Source: Vulcanimicrobiota bacterium (GTDB lineage Bacteria; Vulcanimicrobiota; Vulcanimicrobiia; Vulcanimicrobiales; Vulcanimicrobiaceae). From it: a stretch of DNA of 64,000 nt. Positions 58,175 through 64,000 of this stretch are shown piece after piece. The stretch covers positions 1,440,001-1,504,000 of the forward strand of contig OY970223.1 in assembly GCA_963714015.1 (NCBI GenBank). Reading direction: 5' to 3'. A program made the position numbers and the translations under genes. The first letter of the stretch is position 1. Every line of letters begins with the position of its first letter. The notes beneath the pieces are model-generated. The model saw only the letters and a program-made list of their open reading frames with translations. It ran no database searches and was not told the DNA's origin.

Positions 58175-59003
58175 ACTCGGGCTCGGCGGTGACCGGGATG
58201 ATCTCCGCAGCCTGGGCGCGCCGGAAGAGTTCGCGTACCGCAGCGATCCCTTCCTCGCCGACGTCGTCGCTGAACTCGTTCACGTACGCCGCAATGTGCT
58301 TGCGCATTACCTCTTCACTCATTTCGGCTGCGTGCCGGCGCACGTACGGCATGACCGCGGCTTCGTTTTCGCGCGCGAAGGCCAGACTGCGGCGAATGGC
58401 ATCATCGATTTCGCCGGCTTCGCCGTCATCGAAATCGCGGCGGATGAGAATCGCGCCGAGCGGGATCGGCATGTTCGTCCGCGACTCCCACCATTCGCCG
58501 AGATCGGCGACCTGCACCAGGCCCTGATCTTGGTAGGTGAACCGCGATTCATGGATGATCAGCCCCGCATCGACCGTACCGCTCTTCACTGCGTCCAGGA
58601 CCATGTCGAAACGCATGGCAATCGTCTGCGGACGGATGCCCATTGCGAGGCGCAGGAGCATGAACGCAGTGGTCATCTCACCCGGGATCGCGACGATCTT
58701 CGAACGATACTCTTCGAGTTGGTTTCCGCTGCCCGGCTTGGCGACGAGCAAGGGGCCGCAGCCGCGACCGAGCGCGCCTCCCGATCGCAGGATGCGGTAA
58801 TCGTCCGTGAGCAGCGGAATGGCGCCGTAGCTGACCTTCGTGAGCTCGTAATCGCCTTTCAGCGCCGAGTTGTTCAGGTTCTCGACGTCCTCCAGCTGCA
58901 CGCGCACTTTAGGCACTTGTTCGAGCAAGTTGTTGGTGAGTGCCGCAAAGATAAACGTGTCGTTCGGACACGGAGAGTAAGCGAGCCTGAGCGTCTTATC
59001 CAC
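58167..59003 (-). CDS. mqnD: 1,4-dihydroxy-6-naphthoate synthase
   Basis: YSPCPNDTF, DVE.LN, GGALGRGCGP, IIHESRFTY, DLGEWW and HI..YVN. Confidence 0.95.
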   Translation of the reverse strand: MDKTLRLAYSPCPNDTFIFAALTNNLLEQVPKVRVQLEDVENLNNSALKGDYELTKVSYGAIPLLTDDYRILRSGGALGRGCGPLLVAKPGSGNQLEEYRSKIVAIPGEMTTAFMLLRLAMGIRPQTIAMRFDMVLDAVKSGTVDAGLIIHESRFTYQDQGLVQVADLGEWWESRTNMPIPLGAILIRRDFDDGEAGEIDDAIRRSLAFARENEAAVMPYVRRHAAEMSEEVMRKHIAAYVNEFSDDVGEEGIAAVRELFRRAQAAEIIPVTAEPEFV

Positions 59004-59604
59004 TGCTGCTTCCACTGAGCGTGAGGAGCGCCGAGAGAACCTTTTGGACGCCTTGCACCCCCGACTCGAAATCCCAACGGCTCTCGCTGCGATCGCAGGC
59101 GATGTTCGAAATACCGCGCACTTCGATTGCGGGGATCGCCGCGACTTCGGCGGCACGCAGAACGGCAAACCCCTCCATGCTTTCGATTCCTACGCCGTGC
59201 TTTGCCAACCGGGCTGCGGTCGCGCCCGTAGCGGTAACGCGCGGAACGGTGATGCCGCGGACGCTGCGATACCCAAGTTCGACCAGACGATCGACCAAGG
59301 TCAGATCCGATCCGGCGCGATCGACGACCCGTGCACCGTCGGGGAGTTCGATCGGCGAGCCGCTTTCCAGGTCCAGTTCGAAGATTTCCTCACTTACGAC
59401 GACGCCTTCACCGATCTCGGCCATGCCTTCGAATGCGCCGGCGATGCCGGCACTAATTACCAAATCGTAGCGGCTCTGCGCCAGCGCGCGTGATACGGCT
59501 ACCGCGGCCTCAACGGGGCCGACTCCGGTCACGAGCATCTCGACGTGCTCCGGCGGCCGGAAGGTCCCGAGCTCTTTTCCGACCGCGCAGGCAATCAGTA
59601 TCAC
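58996..59604 (-). CDS. mqnB: Futalosine hydrolase
   Basis: GVGPV.AA, SAGIAG, ESMEG, EVRGISN and R...RW; adjacent to mqnD. Confidence 0.88.
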   Translation of the reverse strand: MILIACAVGKELGTFRPPEHVEMLVTGVGPVEAAVAVSRALAQSRYDLVISAGIAGAFEGMAEIGEGVVVSEEIFELDLESGSPIELPDGARVVDRAGSDLTLVDRLVELGYRSVRGITVPRVTATGATAARLAKHGVGIESMEGFAVLRAAEVAAIPAIEVRGISNIACDRSESRWDFESGVQGVQKVLSALLTLSGSSSG

Positions 59605-59617
59605 GAGGAACGCGTCA

Positions 59618-60193
59618 CTACGGCACGCCGATCAATTTGTGCGTTTGAAGCGAAAGACGGAACCGCGAAGGGTGGCTTTTGGCGTAATCGAGAGCGAGTT
59701 GAACGTTCGCAGCTTTGTTGCCTTCCGGTTGCAGCAGTACTGAGGGCTTCTCCGCAAAAAGATCGAGCCACTCCTCCGGGACGCGGCCGTCCACGATGAG
59801 CTTGACTTCGTTCGCTCGTTGAGCCATGCGCGCATCGACTCGTTCTTTGGGAGAGACGCAGAGCCAGACGTCAGGCGGAAGCTCGGTGAAGATGGTTCCA
59901 TTCGACTCGATGTGCACGCGCCGGCCGTCTTCGCGCAAAGCGTCGATCAATTGAAGCGTCTCGCGCTGTGCGAGCGGCTCGCCGCCGGTCAGAATAACCA
60001 TCGGGCAGTCGCCGCCGATCTCCCGGACGCGAGCGACGACGTCCGGTACGTTCGCAAAAAATTTGAGCGAATAATCGGTGTCGCAGAAATCGCACGCGAG
60101 ATTGCAACCGGCAAGGCGCACGAACACCGCCGGCGTTCCGGTGTACGCGCCTTCGCCTTGAATGCTGTAAAAAATCTCCGCGAGCTGCAGCAC
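59618..60193 (-). CDS. queE: 7-carboxy-7-deazaguanine synthase (radical SAM)
   Basis: EIFYSIQGEG, RLAGCNLACDFCDT, TGGEP, SPK and LS.QTHK. Confidence 0.95.
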   Translation of the reverse strand: MLQLAEIFYSIQGEGAYTGTPAVFVRLAGCNLACDFCDTDYSLKFFANVPDVVARVREIGGDCPMVILTGGEPLAQRETLQLIDALREDGRRVHIESNGTIFTELPPDVWLCVSPKERVDARMAQRANEVKLIVDGRVPEEWLDLFAEKPSVLLQPEGNKAANVQLALDYAKSHPSRFRLSLQTHKLIGVP

Positions 60194-60558
60194 TAGGCGA
60201 AGTCGCTCCGGCGCAGCGTGGCACACGACGTCGCCGTTTCCCAAAGCACCAGCTCCTCCAAACCGGGAAGCGCTTTGTCCAGACGCTGCCAGACCCATGT
60301 GACGATATTCTCGCACGTGGGATTCTCGAGCGCGTCGTTGAGCGAGGTGTGATCGAGCACGTCGATGACTTGCTCGTGGACGACGGCGCGCACGACGTCG
60401 AAGTCCTCGATCATGCCGGTTGCCGGTCCGGTGCTCTGCAGCGGTCCCCGAAGCGCCACTTCGAGCCGGTACGAATGGCCGTGGGGCCGGGCGCATTTGC
60501 CCAGATGGTAAGGGAGAACGTGCGCGGCCTCGAACCGGAAGTGCTTACGAATTTGCAC
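60193..60558 (-). CDS. queD: 6-carboxy-5,6,7,8-tetrahydropterin synthase
   Basis: FEAAH, C..HGHSY, DF, LDH..LN, NPT.EN and WET. Confidence 0.93.
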   Translation of the reverse strand: MQIRKHFRFEAAHVLPYHLGKCARPHGHSYRLEVALRGPLQSTGPATGMIEDFDVVRAVVHEQVIDVLDHTSLNDALENPTCENIVTWVWQRLDKALPGLEELVLWETATSCATLRRSDFA

Positions 60559-60586
60559 ACTGCCCGGGTTCGAGGTATGCCGTATC

Positions 60587-61456
60587 GTGAGCCTTCGCAT
60601 CAACCGAGCGGAGTTGGTCATTACCGCGGTTACAGCTGAGGCCGCGGCTCCGCGCTTGAACACCGGTTTGTACGAAGTCGGCGCCGATGGGCGGCCGTTC
60701 GTACTCCCCAGCGTGGGCGGCATTAATCCCAACGTCAGGGTTGGCGACCTCGCCTTCGGATTCGCCGCCGATCACATCGAGCCGGCAGTCAGCCTGCGCA
60801 ATCCGGACGATCGCTTGAACGCGGCATTCAATACGCTCGCGTGCATCGGGAACGAAGCGGTCGTGTTGACCGGCGATGCGAAAGGCGCTAAAGGCGTCGT
60901 TACCGGAAAGCACGGCGGCATCGAACACGTCATGGTCGATTTTCCGCCGGAGATCATGCGCAAGATGGCGATCGGCGATCGCGTGCAGGTATGGAGTTGC
61001 GGCTTGGGTTTGAGACTGCTGGAGACGCCTGACGTCGGCGCGTTCAATGCGGATCCGGATTTTCTCGAAGCTTGGGCGCCGGAAGTGCGGGCCGACGGAA
61101 CGCTCGCAGTGCGAGTTGCAAAAACCGTTCCCGCAGCCGTCATGGGATCCGGCCTTGGACGTTCGACGGTCGTGCGCGGCGACTACGACATTCAGACGTT
61201 CGACGACGAAATGGCCGAAAAATATGGGCTGCGCGAGCTTCGTCTGGGTGACGTCGTCGCGATTCTCGACGCGGATCATTCGTATGGAAGAATTTACCGG
61301 TCGGGAGCGGTCTCCGTCGGCGTCGTCGTCCACGGCCGATCTTTCGTCGCGGGTCACGGTCCGGGCGTAACGACTTTGCTGACCTCGCCGGAGGGTAGAA
61401 TTTACCCGGTGATCGACCAGACCGCAAACCTCGCCACAATACTGAAGCTCCGGTAA
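60587..61456 (+). CDS. DUF4438 domain protein
   Basis: GGI..NVRVGD, DHIEP, ACIGN.A.V.TG.AKG, GKHGG, GSGLG, GDYDI and GHGPGVT. Confidence 0.8.
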   Translation: MSLRINRAELVITAVTAEAAAPRLNTGLYEVGADGRPFVLPSVGGINPNVRVGDLAFGFAADHIEPAVSLRNPDDRLNAAFNTLACIGNEAVVLTGDAKGAKGVVTGKHGGIEHVMVDFPPEIMRKMAIGDRVQVWSCGLGLRLLETPDVGAFNADPDFLEAWAPEVRADGTLAVRVAKTVPAAVMGSGLGRSTVVRGDYDIQTFDDEMAEKYGLRELRLGDVVAILDADHSYGRIYRSGAVSVGVVVHGRSFVAGHGPGVTTLLTSPEGRIYPVIDQTANLATILKLR

Positions 61457-62427
61457 TGGACGCCCAGCGCGCTTTGTTTTCGGCAGTCAACCAACTCATC
61501 GCCGCGCGCAGCGTCGAAGACTTGGATCGCGGGCTGGTCGAGGTCTCGCCCGGCGCAGCGGGGTTCGAACGCGTCGCCCTGCTCGCGCTCCCGACGATGC
61601 AGCAACCCGCCCGCGTGCGCTTCGTGCGCGGCACTCCAGCGCTCGACTTGAACGACGTCCCCGACTCCTCGCCTCTGGCTGCGGGCGGGGTCCTGAGCGG
61701 GGACATGGCCGGAGCATCGGGCGATGCCGAAGAGCCGCACCGCGGGGTCCAGGGTTCCTACGTCCTTGCGCCGCTTCGGGAGAGGGAGCGCCCCGTTGCG
61801 CTGGTGTACGCCGATTCGCTGCGGGAGAGCGCGAGCCCGGACGAGGCTCGGGAAGCGTTGCTCCACGTTCTGGCCGTCGCCGGCGTCGTTCGTGCCGGCC
61901 TGAATCTCGCACTGGAACGAGATCGCCTGCTTGGAGAACTCGACTCGGCCTCACGGGTCGACCCGCTCACGGCTCTGTCCAACCGTCGGGTCTTCGAAGA
62001 GCGTCTGGCAGGCGAACTGCACCGCAGTGCGCGCAGCCGGCGCCCGTTCGCCCTGGCCCTCTTTGACGTGGACCGGCTGGATGAGATCAACCGCACCTTC
62101 GGGCGACCGGCGGGCGATGAGGCGCTGCAGCACTTCGGGGCGGTGCTGCGCGGCCGGGCGCGTCACATGGACCTGGCGGCACGTCTGGCGGACGACGAAT
62201 TTGCCATGTTGCTGGTGGACGTCGACCACCAAGCCGCCCGTTCCGTGGTCGAACGGGTTTTGGACGGCGCTCGCGAAGCTAGCCTATCGGTTCCCGCACG
62301 CCTTTCAGTTTCTGCCGGAATCGCTCTGAACTACCCGGTCGATACGGCTGAAACGCTGATGGAGAGAGCCCAAGCGGCACTCGCCGACGCCAAACGGTCC
62401 GGCCGCGATAGGACCAAGATTATGTAA
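61456..62427 (+). CDS. GAF-like plus degenerate GGDEF (ADDEF) domain protein
   Basis: DPLT.L.NRR, FDVD, G..AGDE.L, RHMD-LAARL-ADDEF, VSAGIA and AL..AK..GR. Confidence 0.88.
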   Translation: MDAQRALFSAVNQLIAARSVEDLDRGLVEVSPGAAGFERVALLALPTMQQPARVRFVRGTPALDLNDVPDSSPLAAGGVLSGDMAGASGDAEEPHRGVQGSYVLAPLRERERPVALVYADSLRESASPDEAREALLHVLAVAGVVRAGLNLALERDRLLGELDSASRVDPLTALSNRRVFEERLAGELHRSARSRRPFALALFDVDRLDEINRTFGRPAGDEALQHFGAVLRGRARHMDLAARLADDEFAMLLVDVDHQAARSVVERVLDGAREASLSVPARLSVSAGIALNYPVDTAETLMERAQAALADAKRSGRDRTKIM

Positions 62428-62457
62428 AGGCTGCGATTCTATGGGAATAAGGGTACA

Positions 62458-62643
62458 GTGAAGCACTCGCGTCCCGCACTTACCAGCGACATCCTGCCGA
62501 AGGACTACGAGCTTCGAAAGAACGCACGCTTGCGCGAACGTGCCGAATCTATTGCGGTGCTAAGCGCCATGGCGGCATTCTGGGCCCTGGTCTTTACGCT
62601 GAATTTCTTCGTCGGTCAGTTCTCAACGCCGCTCATTCGCTAG
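62458..62643 (+). CDS. Small single-pass membrane protein
   Basis: 61-aa ORF with the C-terminal hydrophobic helix IAVLSAMAAFWALVFTLNFFV, filling the gap between convergent genes. Confidence 0.6.
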   Translation: MKHSRPALTSDILPKDYELRKNARLRERAESIAVLSAMAAFWALVFTLNFFVGQFSTPLIR

Positions 62644-62650
62644 TCCGACC

Positions 62651-64000
62651 CTACAGAACCCCGGAAGGTCCCATACCTTCCAAGCGCTTCTTTAGATCGG
62701 CAAGGAAGCCGCTGGCGACGTAACCGTCGACGACGCGGTGGTCGAGTGAGAGGCAGACGTTCATCATTTGACGCACGGCAATTGCATCGTCGGCCGTGAC
62801 GACGGGCTTTTTCACGACGGTTTCCATCGTAACGATGCCCGCCTGGCCGCCGTTGATGATCGGCGCCGAAGCGTATGAACCGTTCGCGCCGTTGTTGTTG
62901 ACCGTGAACGTTCCGCCTTGCAGATCGTCGGCCGAGAGCTTAGCGCGGCGCGCTCGCTCGATCAGATCGCCCGACGCCAGCGCCAAGCCTTTGATCGAGA
63001 GTTTATCGGCGTTCTTAACGACCGGAACGACGAGATTCGTCGGCAGACCGATCGCGATACCGACGTTGACGTTCTTCTCTACCGCGATGCCTTCGGGCGT
63101 AAAGCGCGCGTTCATCAGCGGGAAGGTCGCCAGAGATTCCACTACAGCTCGGACGAAGAACGGCAACAACGTCAGCTTATAACCGGTGTCGCGCTCGAAT
63201 TTATCTTTTTCGCGCGTGCGCCATTTCCAGACGTTGGTCACGTCGACTTCAACCATCGACCAAGCGTGCGGCGCGGTATGCTTGCTCTCCACCATGCGCT
63301 GCGCGATGATTTTCCGTGCCGAGCTCAGCGGAATGAGCGTGCCCGGAATCGGTTCCCCGTAGGTGCTCGTTCCGCTCGGCGGCGTTTGCGCAGGGGGCGC
63401 CGTGGGCGGCATCGCGGGAGCGCCTGTAGCGGCGAAATTCGTTCCCACGCCGACGGCCTGGCCGACCGCGGCCGCCGGGCCCATACGCGCCGCCGTCAGC
63501 ACGTCTTCAGCCGTGACGCGCCCGTTTGCGCCGGATCCCCGCAGCGTTCGAATGTCGATATGATGCTCTCGCGCCAACTTGCGCACGGCCGGCGACGTAC
63601 CTCGCAGTGCCGTTTCAGGAACCTGCTCCGGCTGTCCCACGCGCGCATGGCCGTTTCCGACGTGTTTGGTCGGCATTTCCGGAATATTGAATCCGGGAAC
63701 CGGCTCGGCATTCGCGCTCTCGGCCATGGCCGACCGCGATTGCGGCGGATTCGAAGCACTCTGTGCAACCTGCGCCGCCGGCTCCGTTCCGGGCGCATTC
63801 GTCCCGGTCGCCGCACCGACTTCATCGATCACGGCAATCGGCGTGCCGGTCGCAACGGTCGTCCCTTCCTGCACCAGAATCTCGCGCAGCGTGCCGGTCA
63901 CCGGCGCCGGAACTTCCGAATTTACTTTGTCCGTCGAAACTTCAAGGAACGCCTCGTACTTTTCGACCGGCTCGCCGGCCTTCTTGAGCCAGCGCTCCAC
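62651..64000 (-). CDS. 2-oxoacid dehydrogenase E2 (dihydrolipoamide acyltransferase), N-terminus truncated by the window edge
   Basis: Lipoyl motif EVSTDKV..E.PAP, E3-binding SPAVRKLARE...GSGANGRVT and catalytic DHRVVDG. Confidence 0.95.
   Translation of the reverse strand: MERWLKKAGEPVEKYEAFLEVSTDKVNSEVPAPVTGTLREILVQEGTTVATGTPIAVIDEVGAATGTNAPGTEPAAQVAQSASNPPQSRSAMAESANAEPVPGFNIPEMPTKHVGNGHARVGQPEQVPETALRGTSPAVRKLAREHHIDIRTLRGSGANGRVTAEDVLTAARMGPAAAVGQAVGVGTNFAATGAPAMPPTAPPAQTPPSGTSTYGEPIPGTLIPLSSARKIIAQRMVESKHTAPHAWSMVEVDVTNVWKWRTREKDKFERDTGYKLTLLPFFVRAVVESLATFPLMNARFTPEGIAVEKNVNVGIAIGLPTNLVVPVVKNADKLSIKGLALASGDLIERARRAKLSADDLQGGTFTVNNNGANGSYASAPIINGGQAGIVTMETVVKKPVVTADDAIAVRQMMNVCLSLDHRVVDGYVASGFLADLKKRLEGMGPSGVL

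Noticed and set aside
59618..60558. 7-deazaguanine DNA-modification (dpd) defence island or preQ1 riboswitch
   Set aside because: No dpdA/tgt paralogue, helicase or nuclease is nearby, and the 28-bp upstream gap has no room or consensus for a preQ1 riboswitch.

Overview
A gene-dense, GC-rich bacterial chromosomal segment made mostly of housekeeping and metabolic genes. I saw no prophage, transposase, integrase, CRISPR array or rRNA. The compact Firmicute-like RpoD, the futalosine genes, the stalk-domain surface protein and the HEAT-repeat enzymes suggest a Terrabacteria lineage such as Candidatus Eremiobacterota (inference only). Recognisable content: 3' end of ppdK; two M1 aminopeptidase-HEAT paralogs; an HD hydrolase/GrpB pair divergent from dnaG-rpoD; general-stress genes (KGG repeat, DUF4142, SDR, SRPBCC-like, Zn-ADH); dtd; proline dehydrogenase; mntP; a kamB-like/kamC-like/kce cassette; oppBC; tRNA-Leu(GAG); an RND transporter; dacB-tldD-pmbA; malic enzyme; regulators; trxB; pepP; glcDE with a YtpB-like terpene cyclase; PilZ; namZ-mqnD-mqnB-queE-queD; DUF4438-GGDEF; and a partial 2-oxoacid dehydrogenase E2. 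The most interesting items are: (1) the coupled kamB/kamC/kce cassette with no aminomutase genes beside it; (2) an orphan RND pump with about four extra transmembrane helices; (3) a YtpB/DUF2600 terpene cyclase where glcF would be expected; (4) a DDAH-fold protein lacking its catalytic His and Cys; (5) a GGDEF protein with a degenerate active site but intact I-site, coupled to DUF4438; (6) a CTG start codon for oppB; (7) a GGG(A/T)A motif 8-9 nt before several, mostly stress-type, genes, suggesting leaderless alternative-sigma transcription. Four single-base insertions in short homopolymers split genes and are most likely sequencing errors. All family assignments come from motif recognition by eye, not database searches.
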